DNA from: Berkelbacteria bacterium GW2011_GWE1_39_12
GTDB lineage: Bacteria; Patescibacteriota; UBA1384; UBA12157
Direction: 5' to 3'
DNA: 64,000 nucleotides
Assembly: GCA_001029735.1 (NCBI GenBank)
Contig: CP011213.1
Span: 720,298 to 784,297 of the forward strand
Part shown: positions 1 through 8,611 of the stretch, one piece after another
Layout of the letters: each line of letters opens with the position of its first letter
How positions within the stretch are numbered: position 1 is the stretch's first letter
Position numbers and translations under genes: made by a program
The notes under the pieces: model-generated
Seen by the model: the letters and a program-made list of their open reading frames with translations, nothing else
What the model was told of the DNA's origin: nothing
Database searches by the model: none

Positions 1-174
1 AAGTTGGAAAAGTATCTTGGTAAAAAACGAGAGCGAACGGCTTACGCTTTGAATATTCTGGCCGTGACTCTGGAGTCGAGTTTTGTCGGTATCGAGCTTT
101 ATAACATAGTAGTCAATCGAATCCGAGAGGATCAATCGTCTAAGCATGGTCGGAAACTAAAACAACCCTGTTGA
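1..174 (+). CDS. 3' end (C-terminal ~57 aa) of an ORF entering from upstream of the window; function unknown
   Basis: Frame 1 is open from the window edge to TGA at 172-174. Local GC is higher than the window average. A hairpin plus T-run follows. Confidence 0.3.
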   Translation, partial: KLEKYLGKKRERTAYALNILAVTLESSFVGIELYNIVVNRIREDQSSKHGRKLKQPC

Positions 175-188
175 TACGGGGTTTTTTT
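163..188. terminator. bidirectional rho-independent terminator-like hairpin (AACCC-loop-GGGGTT followed by T7)
   Basis: stem-loop aaccc tgttgatacg gggtt followed by ttttttt; lies between convergent ORF ends. Confidence 0.4.
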
Positions 189-189
189 A

Positions 190-672
190 TTAGCGAATTC
201 CAAAGAGTACAAATAAAATAATAAAAACTGCAGCTAGAAACATATTAATCAATATACCAGTTAACGAACCCAGGAGGCTACCAGAAGCGGCCTTAATGGC
301 CTTTTTCCAATGGGCAAAGTTAGTGATTTCAATTATAAAAATGCCTAAAAATAATCCAATAAATCCGCCCAGCGGGGGAAAGAGAATTAATCCTAAAAGG
401 AAACCGATGACGCCACCGATAATTCCATTTCTTGTGGCACCCGAAATTTTGGCGCCAAGTAAACCCGAAAAGTGATCAACAGCTATCGAGATAAGGGCAA
501 TTATTCCTAAATAAATTAGTTCCATAGCCGATAGATGATGGAATTTATCGATAAATATATAAATTAATGAAATAAAAAACATGTATGCAAGGCCTGGCAG
601 GCTTAGCGCTGTTCCAAAAATACCCAATAACATCAAGGCTGAAAAAATTAAAAGTAAAATAGTGTTTGACAT
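190..672 (-). CDS. small multi-pass membrane protein, DUF456-like
   Basis: 160 aa; very hydrophobic and Gly-rich helices (GIIGGVIGFLLGLILFPPLGGFIGLFLG). Confidence 0.5.
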   Translation of the reverse strand: MSNTILLLIFSALMLLGIFGTALSLPGLAYMFFISLIYIFIDKFHHLSAMELIYLGIIALISIAVDHFSGLLGAKISGATRNGIIGGVIGFLLGLILFPPLGGFIGLFLGIFIIEITNFAHWKKAIKAASGSLLGSLTGILINMFLAAVFIILFVLFGIR

Positions 673-708
673 GAATAGATTATATCATCGATAAGGATTT
701 AAATCATT

Positions 709-848
709 AAAAAAACACCTGAATAGGTGAGTTTTAAGTGGTGGGCGCCTTTAGGCATGCTTCTGGATTCAAACCAGCAGGCTTTGTTTTGCATTTAAAT
801 TTAATTACTAAAAAAACACCTGAATAGGTGAGTTTTAAGTGGTGGGCG
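709..848. repeat. two direct copies (709-747 and 810-848) of a ~40-bp sequence aaaaaaacacctgaataggtgagttttaagtggtgggcg, comprising the tRNA-Val 3' end plus downstream flank
   Basis: exact duplicate strings visible in the sequence. Confidence 0.85.
748..790 (-). pseudogene. tRNA 3'-fragment remnant (T-arm-like CTGGTTTGAATCCAG plus ..CGCCCACCA), not a complete tRNA
   Basis: reverse complement gives GCCTGCTGGTTTGAATCCAGAAGCATGCCTAAAGGCGCCCACCA; the acceptor side is too long and no D/anticodon arms are present. Confidence 0.3.
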
Positions 849-916
849 ATACTGGATTCGAACCAGTGACCTTCTCTACGTCAAAGAGACGCTCTAACCA
901 ACTGAGCTAACCGCCC
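840..916 (-). tRNA. tRNA-Val (anticodon GAC), CCA encoded
   Basis: reverse complement GGGCGGTTAGCTCAGTTGGTTAGAGCGTCTCTTTGACGTAGAGAAGGTCACTGGTTCGAATCCAGTATCGCCCACCA folds as a cloverleaf. Anticodon loop is TTGACGT. T-loop is TTCGAAT. Confidence 0.9.
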
Positions 917-957
917 TTATTAAATTGTTAATCTTTTCTATATTGCCTTATCTTTAA

Positions 958-1020
958 CACGCTCTAACCAACTTAGTTTTCGGGCTACGCCCTCACCTTT
1001 ACTAAAGAAAAGCAACCGCC
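958..1020 (-). pseudogene. disrupted tRNA 5'-half remnant: GGGCGGTT...AGTTGGTTAGAGCGT split by a ~40-nt insertion
   Basis: reverse complement GGGCGGTTGCTTTTCTTTAGTAAAGGTGAGGGCGTAGCCCGAAAACTAAGTTGGTTAGAGCGTGT shares acceptor and D-arm strings with the adjacent tRNA-Val. Confidence 0.3.
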
Positions 1021-1046
1021 CATATTTAATTGTTAACATTAGTATT

Positions 1047-1985
1047 CTAACTTATTTCCAGACTTTTTTCAAGGCTAGCTTTTAAATGCTTATTTGATTT
1101 TAGTAGAAAATAACCAATTACTCCAAAAGTCGTAATTGGCGAAAGCCATTGTGGCACGTCTATACCAAAACTATCGAACAGCATAATTAGGCCTAAAAAT
1201 AAAATCGAATACATTGCGCCATTTTTTAAGAAAACATATTTTTTGATTCTTTCAATATTGCCAATTGTGAACTGTCTAACAACATACGCACCCAAGCCAT
1301 TTCCGATCAAGATTAATGGGACAGATAGTGTAAAGGCAAATGCCCCGAGAACTCCGTCAATAGAAAACGTGGCATCGATTACTTCTAGATAGAAAATTTT
1401 ACTTATATCAGAAAGACCGCTTTTGGCTAGTTGATCTTCTCCCTTTTCTGCGTTTTGTTTAAATCCGTGTGTAATAAAAAATGCTGTTGAACCAACGACT
1501 GCTCCGAACGCCATTAAAGGATTAACCTTAAGAGCACACCAAACTATTGAGGTTAAAAGAATTGATACTAAAGCGTAAAACCAAATCCCATTCGAAAAGA
1601 AAAATTTTTCATGTGGTAGGCCGAAATGTTTATCTTCTAAAAATAACCAGTGGAAAAAGAGAAAAATTAAAAACGTTCCGCCGCCACTAAGCAGTATTGG
1701 CGCCGAAAGTTCGATTGCTTCCTTGACGTGTGGATCGTTGCTGAAGGTGGCAGTTAGAGCGCCGATTGGTCCTAAGCTTGGATTTACCGCCCAAATAATC
1801 GCCCAAGGCAGTAATCCTCTGATTACAAATACAGCAAAAAATAGACCCCAAACTAGAAACCAGCGTCTAGCTTTTTCTTTCATTGTTCCCAAAACTTCGG
1901 CATTGATTATCGCATTGTCGATACTGGAGATAGTTTCAAAAACGCACAGGCCAAGAAGGATCAAAATTGTGTTGATTGAGTTCAT
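1047..1985 (-). CDS. integral membrane protein, TerC/DUF475-like
   Basis: 312 aa, multi-TM. Has paired membrane-embedded SxDN-type motifs (ETISSIDNAIINAEV; VIDATFSIDGVLGAFAF). Confidence 0.45.
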   Translation of the reverse strand: MNSINTILILLGLCVFETISSIDNAIINAEVLGTMKEKARRWFLVWGLFFAVFVIRGLLPWAIIWAVNPSLGPIGALTATFSNDPHVKEAIELSAPILLSGGGTFLIFLFFHWLFLEDKHFGLPHEKFFFSNGIWFYALVSILLTSIVWCALKVNPLMAFGAVVGSTAFFITHGFKQNAEKGEDQLAKSGLSDISKIFYLEVIDATFSIDGVLGAFAFTLSVPLILIGNGLGAYVVRQFTIGNIERIKKYVFLKNGAMYSILFLGLIMLFDSFGIDVPQWLSPITTFGVIGYFLLKSNKHLKASLEKSLEIS

Positions 1986-2012
1986 AATTAAATTATACAG
2001 TAAAAAATTACA

Positions 2013-3374
2013 TTAGCGTTTAATTTTAGAAAACCAATCTGGTGCTTTGCCCTTAAAGCCACGCAGAAAATCATTCCAAGGCATAGGTTGTCTTCCCTCC
2101 GGCTGGACAATGTCTAAAACCAATTTACCATTATCTAAATGGGCTTGGTGAATAATTAGTCGCTTCCCATCAATTGATGTAAATGTCCCTGGCCAGCCGA
2201 ATAACGCCCGAATTTGTTTATCAATTTCTTTAACTGACTTTTTCCAATTAATTTCGCCATCAGCTTTTGTAAATTTATGCGTGATAGACGCTTTGCTTTC
2301 ATCTTGTGGAATAACTTTTATTTTTCCTTCTTGAATTTTTGGCAGGATTTCAAGAAGCATTTTTAAAGAAACATTGGCTAATAGATTTCGCATTGAAAGA
2401 GCGTTGTCTTGTTTGTCGATTTCAATTGCTTCCTGTATTAATATTTCGCCCGTATCAAATTCTGGCGACATTTTTATAATCGTTACACCGGTTTCTTTTT
2501 CGCCTGCAAGTATCGCACTTTGAATTGGTGATGGCCCGCGAAATTTTGGTAAGAGTGACTGATGGGTGACTATTGACATTATTTTTGGTATTTGAATAAT
2601 CTCTGTTGGGATTAGCTTACCAAAATCAGCTGTAATTATTAAATCTGGATCAGTCTCTTTTATTTCTAAAGTAAAATCAGAAATTTTTTCGACTTCCAGA
2701 AACTTTTTGTTAAAGTTCTGTGCAGCTTGACCAACAGGGGAAAGGCAAATTCTTTGTGCTCGGCCAGAGGGCTTACCTTTTTCAGTTAAAATCAATTTGA
2801 TATTTAAATCGAGTAAAATTAAACCGCGTAAAATCATTTCTGAAAATTCGCCAGTTCCAATATAAACAATTTTCATTTTCTTGAGTTCTGGATTTTCATG
2901 ATGTAATTTTTCTTTTGCTAGTTCTGTAAAAACTTTGCCACGCAGGTGGTCAGTTTCATGTTGAATAATGCGAGCGAGTAACCCCTTGGCGGCAATCTTA
3001 ATTCTTTTACCGTCGAGATCTTGTGCTTTAACTTTAATTTTCTCCGGACGAGTAATAGATAGCTCGATTTTCGGAATTGATAAGCACCCTTCAAACATTT
3101 CATTTTGTTCTTTTGAATATTCGACTATTTCTGGATTAACAAAAAACTGTAAAGGAATATTATTTTTGCCGGTTTCGTCTAAAAACTCTACTACAAAGAC
3201 ACTATTATTAAGACCAATTTGATTAGCTGCTAGCCCGACTCCATATTCATTATGCAAAAAATCAGTCATCAATTTAGCCTGATCTTTTAAGTCATTATTA
3301 AAAGAGGTGACGGGTTGGGTCACCTCGCGCAAAAACTGATTAGGAACAGTGATAATTCGCAATGGTTCTTTCAT
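2013..3374 (-). CDS. fused peptide deformylase (N-terminal) / methionyl-tRNA formyltransferase (C-terminal)
   Basis: PDF motifs GVGLAANQIG, EGCLSIP and QHETDHLRG, followed in the same frame by Fmt motifs KIVYIGTGEFS and HQSLLPKFRGPSPIQSAIL. Single 453-aa ORF. Confidence 0.85.
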   Translation of the reverse strand: MKEPLRIITVPNQFLREVTQPVTSFNNDLKDQAKLMTDFLHNEYGVGLAANQIGLNNSVFVVEFLDETGKNNIPLQFFVNPEIVEYSKEQNEMFEGCLSIPKIELSITRPEKIKVKAQDLDGKRIKIAAKGLLARIIQHETDHLRGKVFTELAKEKLHHENPELKKMKIVYIGTGEFSEMILRGLILLDLNIKLILTEKGKPSGRAQRICLSPVGQAAQNFNKKFLEVEKISDFTLEIKETDPDLIITADFGKLIPTEIIQIPKIMSIVTHQSLLPKFRGPSPIQSAILAGEKETGVTIIKMSPEFDTGEILIQEAIEIDKQDNALSMRNLLANVSLKMLLEILPKIQEGKIKVIPQDESKASITHKFTKADGEINWKKSVKEIDKQIRALFGWPGTFTSIDGKRLIIHQAHLDNGKLVLDIVQPEGRQPMPWNDFLRGFKGKAPDWFSKIKR

Positions 3375-4494
3375 ATAACTTTTCCATTTTACTTGCTGAC
3401 GCTTCTTTGGAATATTCTTTGGCGTTCTCCCGTGCTGCTGCGCCTAACTTTAAACGAAGATTATCGTCATTGAGCAGGCTTTCAATTCTACCAATAAATT
3501 GATCAAGATTCAAGTCACAAAGGTAGCCGTCAACTTGATCCTTGATAATGTTGCTTGGCCCCATCTTGTTAACGGCAACAGCCGGCATGCCCGCTGCCAT
3601 CGCTTCGGAAATGACAATGCCTTGTGTTTCGCTTGTCGAGGGAAACACGAAAATATCTGCGGCACCAAAGAAACGATTGGCTTTTTCTTTCTCTTGTTTG
3701 TCAGTGAAGGTGATAGCATGATCTAGTCCCATCTGAGAGACCTTTTTTTGGTAAATAGGTAGCTCTTTACCTCCGCCAACTAAAATGAGATGAAAGTCAT
3801 TACGGCTTTTTACAAGTCTCTTTATCACTTCAAGAAGAAAGTCTAAATTCTTTTCTTTAGCGACGCGTGATAAATATAGTAGTAATTTTTTACCCTTTGG
3901 CACACCCCATTGTTGGAAAAGCTCATCTCGACTAAATGGGTTTTGAAACTCACTGAGATCGATTCCCGTTGGGATCGTTTCGATTGGAGTCTTGACCCCA
4001 TAACCAAGAATTATTTTCTTCATTGCTTCAGATGGTGTAACAATTTGATCACATTGGTTGCAAAAATCGGTGCTACGTCTTTTGACAAACCATTTGCCAA
4101 TCGGTGAGCCAATCTTCCAATGGACATACTCTTCAAGCAAGGTGTGATACGTGTGAACAATAGGAATGTCTAGGTCATCCGCCAAGTGTCTTCCCATGGC
4201 ACTGAGCATGCCAAGAGAGTGTTGGGCATGAATGATATCTAGTCCTAAAGCTTTGGCCCTTTTGGTTATGCTGGGGGCAAAAATTGGAAAGGCAATTGGG
4301 TAGTCCTTTGGCCCAAACAATGTACTTGAAGGATAGCGAAATATGTTGCTCTGTGTGTCTGTAAAACCGGACGTTTCTGGTGCTAGAATATAAATCTCAT
4401 TATTCTTCTCTAAAATATCTTCAAAGGCGTGAATTGAAACGGTCACACCATTTAATGTTGGATCAAAACATTCGGAAACAATCCCAATTTTCAA
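3340..4494 (-). CDS. glycosyltransferase family 4 (GT-B, group 1)
   Basis: C-terminal FVFPSTSETQGIVISEAMAAGMPAVAV motif typical of GT4. Confidence 0.8.
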   Translation of the reverse strand: MKIGIVSECFDPTLNGVTVSIHAFEDILEKNNEIYILAPETSGFTDTQSNIFRYPSSTLFGPKDYPIAFPIFAPSITKRAKALGLDIIHAQHSLGMLSAMGRHLADDLDIPIVHTYHTLLEEYVHWKIGSPIGKWFVKRRSTDFCNQCDQIVTPSEAMKKIILGYGVKTPIETIPTGIDLSEFQNPFSRDELFQQWGVPKGKKLLLYLSRVAKEKNLDFLLEVIKRLVKSRNDFHLILVGGGKELPIYQKKVSQMGLDHAITFTDKQEKEKANRFFGAADIFVFPSTSETQGIVISEAMAAGMPAVAVNKMGPSNIIKDQVDGYLCDLNLDQFIGRIESLLNDDNLRLKLGAAARENAKEYSKEASASKMEKLYERTIANYHCS

Positions 4495-4533
4495 TTCAAG
4501 CCTCCTTACTACTAAATATATTTTAGCAGATTG

Positions 4534-6339
4534 TCAGATTAAGTCTACCGGGTCAACGTCTATAATTACATTTCGCTGCTTCAACAAAAATGCTCTGATA
4601 TTTTCAGGAAGTACATTTTTATGTTTAATGATTATTTGCCAACGGGACTTATTTAATTTCTTAAAAACAAATGCTGGATTCGGGCCTAGAATTTCTAACG
4701 ACTCAATTTCAGTGCTATTACTTTTAAGTCCGTTCAAGGATTTAGCGGTTTTAATTGAATCTTTTTTGCAAATTTCTTCATCTTCATTTTGGAAAATTAA
4801 GTTAATCATTTTTGTAAAGGGTGGAAATGATTCTTTACGCCTTAAATTAATTTCATGATTAAAAAATGATTCATAGTCTAAGGCGGCAAGCGATTTAGAA
4901 AGACCAGCGTCAGGACGGGAAGTCTGGATTAAGCCCTGATCAGATATTTTTAGAAACTTATAATAAGTATCGAAAGCATTTTCTGCGCTTTTAAAATCTG
5001 GCAAGTACAAATATGAATCCATGTCTAGAATCGCGACCAGGTCAATTTTTGGTAAATTTAATTTGAGCGCGTAATTAGTGGCGATCGCGATATCAAAGTC
5101 ATTTGTTAACTCATCGCCATCTTTTTCAAGATTAATGATTGTCGATTTTGGCCAATTATCCTTAATTATTTTCGATAATTTTCTTGTGCCTAAGCCTGTT
5201 TTTTTTAAATTTATGCCGTGACACTTTTCACAATTAGTTGGTAAATCGAAGGTTTTATCGCATCTTTGACAAACTGCTTTATTTTCAAACGGACGTAGGG
5301 GTAAGTCGCATTGTTTACAATTAAAAATCCAGTTGCAATTAGTGCAAGTATAATAATTTCCCTCACCTTTGCGATTAAAAACTAAAAGAGTTTTTTTCTT
5401 ATCGAATAAATTTTTTTCAATATTTTTTTTAAGCGTTTCACTTAAAATACTTTTCGCGTTCGAGGTATCGATTATTTCAATTTTGGGTTTTAAAAAATTG
5501 TGTTTAAGAATCTTGTAGTTTTTTTGTGCTTGATAAAAATTTTCAATGTCAGGAGTTAAGCTTCCGATGATTAGATTAGCTTTTGAAAATTCTGTTAATT
5601 TCTTAGCGGTTTCTACTGTTGAAAAGCGGGGTGAGCGATCATTTTTAAAGGAAAGACTTTCAAATTGATCAACGATGATGAGTCCTAAATTATTAATTGG
5701 CGCAAACAGGGCGGATTGAGAGCCTATCACGATGGAGAATGGCTTTCTGCGTGCTTTGTCCCAGGCAATCCATCTTTCTGTTTTTGTTAAGTTAGCGTGC
5801 AGGATTATTAAGTCTTTAAGTTTCGGTGCAAAGTAATCTATCAATGAAAGATCCGGTATCAAGATTAAAACGGATTGTTTACGTTTAATTGTTTTTTCTA
5901 TGGCTTGCAGATAAAATTTTAACCGTCTGGAAAAATCAGCTATTATTAAAAATCGATTATTTGTTAAGTTTAGCGAACTTGGCTGGACTGCTATCTCTGA
6001 CTCATTTTTCTTAATTGTTCTTTTGGCCGACGGCACGATATTTTCAAAAAGCGTTTGTCCCAACGGGGCCAAATAATAATCGCTCATCCATTTCGCAAGT
6101 TTTAGATGTAAATTATCGATTACCGGATTAGGGTCAATAATTTTTATAATTGGTTTTAAAATCTGTATTTGCGACGAGCGCCTAATATCCATTACTATCG
6201 CTTCAATTGTTCTTCCATGAAAAGGCACTTCAACTAAAACACCGCATTTTATTTGCGGTAAAATCTCTGGTGGGATAGAGTAATCAAAAATTCCATCTCC
6301 AGAGGTTTTAACTTTTGGAATGACTTTAGCTATTTGCAT
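4534..6339 (-). CDS. priA: primosomal protein N' (PriA) homolog with degenerate ATPase motifs
   Basis: Collinear with PriA: 3'-DNA-binding N-terminal domain and Cys-rich zinc-binding insert (CTNCNW..CKQCD..CQRCD..CEKCHG), plus LIPDLSL / IVIGSQSALF / IGSLTP blocks. However Walker A reads ADFSRRLK, Walker B reads DQFES, and motif VI reads SDQGL. Confidence 0.7.
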   Translation of the reverse strand: MQIAKVIPKVKTSGDGIFDYSIPPEILPQIKCGVLVEVPFHGRTIEAIVMDIRRSSQIQILKPIIKIIDPNPVIDNLHLKLAKWMSDYYLAPLGQTLFENIVPSAKRTIKKNESEIAVQPSSLNLTNNRFLIIADFSRRLKFYLQAIEKTIKRKQSVLILIPDLSLIDYFAPKLKDLIILHANLTKTERWIAWDKARRKPFSIVIGSQSALFAPINNLGLIIVDQFESLSFKNDRSPRFSTVETAKKLTEFSKANLIIGSLTPDIENFYQAQKNYKILKHNFLKPKIEIIDTSNAKSILSETLKKNIEKNLFDKKKTLLVFNRKGEGNYYTCTNCNWIFNCKQCDLPLRPFENKAVCQRCDKTFDLPTNCEKCHGINLKKTGLGTRKLSKIIKDNWPKSTIINLEKDGDELTNDFDIAIATNYALKLNLPKIDLVAILDMDSYLYLPDFKSAENAFDTYYKFLKISDQGLIQTSRPDAGLSKSLAALDYESFFNHEINLRRKESFPPFTKMINLIFQNEDEEICKKDSIKTAKSLNGLKSNSTEIESLEILGPNPAFVFKKLNKSRWQIIIKHKNVLPENIRAFLLKQRNVIIDVDPVDLI

Positions 6340-6350
6340 AGGTCCTTTTG

Positions 6351-6872
6351 CTATTCATAACGATCGGCAGTAAACCGGTACAAGAGTACTTCTTCGTCTG
6401 TGGCAATGCCGCCTTTTTCACGAGCAATTTGAATTTGAGTTTCCGTGTCTTTAATTCCCTCTAAATTTGGCAATAATAATCCGGAACGGATTAAATCGTT
6501 TGAGCGAACAATGACGCCATATTTTTCTGGGTCCAATTCGTTTTCTGATTTAACCGCTTCAATTTTGCCTAAAACGTCAACTGAGTATTTTAATTTATCA
6601 AGTTCTTTTTTTTCGATTGGCTTGAAGCGGGGATCATGAAAAGCTGCCTCTATTGCGTTGGCAATAATTTCGCCACCCAAGCTTTTATGTGTTGGCATTA
6701 TTGTCCCAATGCATCCGCGCAGTAAATCTTTGTCTTTTGTATGAATGGAAACAAAACAGCCGCTGCTTCTTATCGCTAGCGGAGATGGTAGGTTACTTAT
6801 TGTTGGCAATTTTTCTTCTGTCAGATAACCCTCTACAGTTTGTTTTACTAAATCCGTATAAATATTTGCCAT
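6351..6872 (-). CDS. AMMECR1-domain protein (AmmeMemoRadiSam system protein A)
   Basis: GCFVSIHTKDKDLLRGCIGTIMP signature; adjacent Memo-like and radical SAM genes. Confidence 0.8.
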   Translation of the reverse strand: MANIYTDLVKQTVEGYLTEEKLPTISNLPSPLAIRSSGCFVSIHTKDKDLLRGCIGTIMPTHKSLGGEIIANAIEAAFHDPRFKPIEKKELDKLKYSVDVLGKIEAVKSENELDPEKYGVIVRSNDLIRSGLLLPNLEGIKDTETQIQIAREKGGIATDEEVLLYRFTADRYE

Positions 6873-6874
6873 TT

Positions 6875-7705
6875 TTATTTCTCCGGAAGACTAAAGTTAG
6901 CTACTAAATAGCCGACACCAAATGGTCCTTCGTACGATAAAACACCACACTTTGTCTCTATGCCATCCAATGCGCCTAATAAAACAATTATCGAGCGCAG
7001 GCCGCATTCTCCAATGTTTTCAATGAATTCATCTTCATAGTATAAGATGTCCTGTACATTATAATTTTTTAAATCCTCAACGAGCTGTAGATCAAATTTT
7101 TTTCCGTCTGGATTTTGTAATAATTGGTGCGAGAGATCACCGGATGCGAGAATGCCTATGCGCCCAGGAAAACTTTCAGCAGCATCGCGAATGGCTTGAC
7201 CAAATGCAAAATGAGAGGCTCTATTTAGATTAGAATAGGCGATTGGTACTACTTTAAAGCTTGATTCTTGATTTCTTTTTAAATAAGACAAAGGAACCAT
7301 GGCGCCATGGTCTAGTTCGTAAAACTCGCCATCATTATCAAAAAGTGAAAACGGTATTTTAGCTTCTTCTAATTTGGTGGCTAAAACATCAACAAATTCC
7401 AAATTGTTTTCCGCTTCCACGACTATATTGGGTTGCTGAAATTCGGCAAAGGTCCCAAATAATTTTTGCATTGAACAAATGTTGTATCTGTCCGGATAAA
7501 TCAAGCCATGCGGCGAGATTACTATTAAAGTATCAATATCCGCTTCGTTAAATACAGTAGTCAATTTCCTCATTCCAGCAATTGTTTCTGCCGTTTTTTT
7601 CAAATCTTCTTGCTCACCGATTCCCGGCACTATTATAGGCGGATGTGGACTAATGCCGGCGAAGTTTAAACTCATATTTTTCCCTCTAGAAAAATTCCGA
7701 GACAA
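6875..7705 (-). CDS. Memo-like / class III extradiol-dioxygenase-fold protein (AmmeMemoRadiSam system protein B)
   Basis: ISPHPPII ... VISPHG His-containing motifs; operon context. Confidence 0.75.
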   Translation of the reverse strand: MSRNFSRGKNMSLNFAGISPHPPIIVPGIGEQEDLKKTAETIAGMRKLTTVFNEADIDTLIVISPHGLIYPDRYNICSMQKLFGTFAEFQQPNIVVEAENNLEFVDVLATKLEEAKIPFSLFDNDGEFYELDHGAMVPLSYLKRNQESSFKVVPIAYSNLNRASHFAFGQAIRDAAESFPGRIGILASGDLSHQLLQNPDGKKFDLQLVEDLKNYNVQDILYYEDEFIENIGECGLRSIIVLLGALDGIETKCGVLSYEGPFGVGYLVANFSLPEK

Positions 7706-7717
7706 GCGTAAGCTTGG

Positions 7718-8611
7718 CTATATTATTTTCCCTTTGATTTTATTAATATTTTTTATGTTATTTATTGTTATATATTTTCTGAAGCCATCAACAATTTTCT
7801 CCGCCATTTTCGGATCTAAGTATTGTCCGCTACCTATGCTTATACCAGTGGCACCGCATAAAGTAAAATCTAAAGCGTCTGAAAAATCTGTGATTCCTCC
7901 GCCACCAATAATATCACATTTTAGCTGTTTGTAAACCTGCCAAACCGCTAGTAGTGCAATCGGTTTAATGGCGGGACCGGAATAGCCGCCAATTTTTAAT
8001 GGAAGTTTAGCCACCATTTTCTTATTGTCTATTTCCAAGCCAGGGAATGTGTTTGTCAAAGATATGACATCGGCTCCGTTGTTTAAAGAAATTTTAGCAA
8101 GATCAACTACATCTGTAACATTGGCGCCTAATTTAACAATCAGTGTTTTAGTGTAGGCTTTTCTTACTTTTTTAATTAATCTAATTAAAGCTTTTTTATC
8201 GGCTAAATAAGATAATCCCTTATGGACATTGACGCAGGAAACATTCAATTCGATTGCTGGTAAGCTTTCTTTTTCACATATTTTTGCCAATTTAATATAA
8301 TCTTGATCGGAAAATCCGCCGATACTTGTTATAACTTCAGCCCCTGCATCTTTCCAAAAAGGAAGTTCTTCCGAAAAGTATTTTTCAATGCCAGGATTTT
8401 TCCAGCCATTACTATTTAGGAATCCGTATTTTGTTTTAACAATATTTGGTAAGGGGTTACCCGTGCGCGGCTCAAGCGTTATTGTTTTTGATGTAATTGC
8501 ACCTAAATTCTTAACTTCAATGTGTTTAATTATGTTTCTGTCAAAAGTGCCAGATGCTAAAATAATTGGATTTTTTAACTTTAAGCTACCTAATTTTATA
8601 GATGTGTTCAA
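7718..8611 (-). CDS. dihydroorotate dehydrogenase family flavoprotein (class 1-like catalytic subunit) embedded in the AmmeMemoRadiSam operon
   Basis: LKNPIILASGT near the N-terminus; ELNVSCVNV matches the class-1 DHOD ELNLSCPN catalytic-Cys loop; GGGGITDFSDALD FMN-binding tail. 4-nt overlap with the upstream radical SAM gene. Confidence 0.6.
   Translation of the reverse strand: MNTSIKLGSLKLKNPIILASGTFDRNIIKHIEVKNLGAITSKTITLEPRTGNPLPNIVKTKYGFLNSNGWKNPGIEKYFSEELPFWKDAGAEVITSIGGFSDQDYIKLAKICEKESLPAIELNVSCVNVHKGLSYLADKKALIRLIKKVRKAYTKTLIVKLGANVTDVVDLAKISLNNGADVISLTNTFPGLEIDNKKMVAKLPLKIGGYSGPAIKPIALLAVWQVYKQLKCDIIGGGGITDFSDALDFTLCGATGISIGSGQYLDPKMAEKIVDGFRKYITINNIKNINKIKGKII

Noticed and set aside
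1-174. C-terminal ORF fragment as a tyrosine integrase tail next to the tRNA-Val fragments
   Set aside because: The 57 visible residues lack the conserved H-x-x-R ... Y catalytic tail pattern. Left as unknown.
1723-2016. 97-aa plus-strand ORF
   Set aside because: Antisense to the 3' half of the TerC-like membrane protein gene; no start context.
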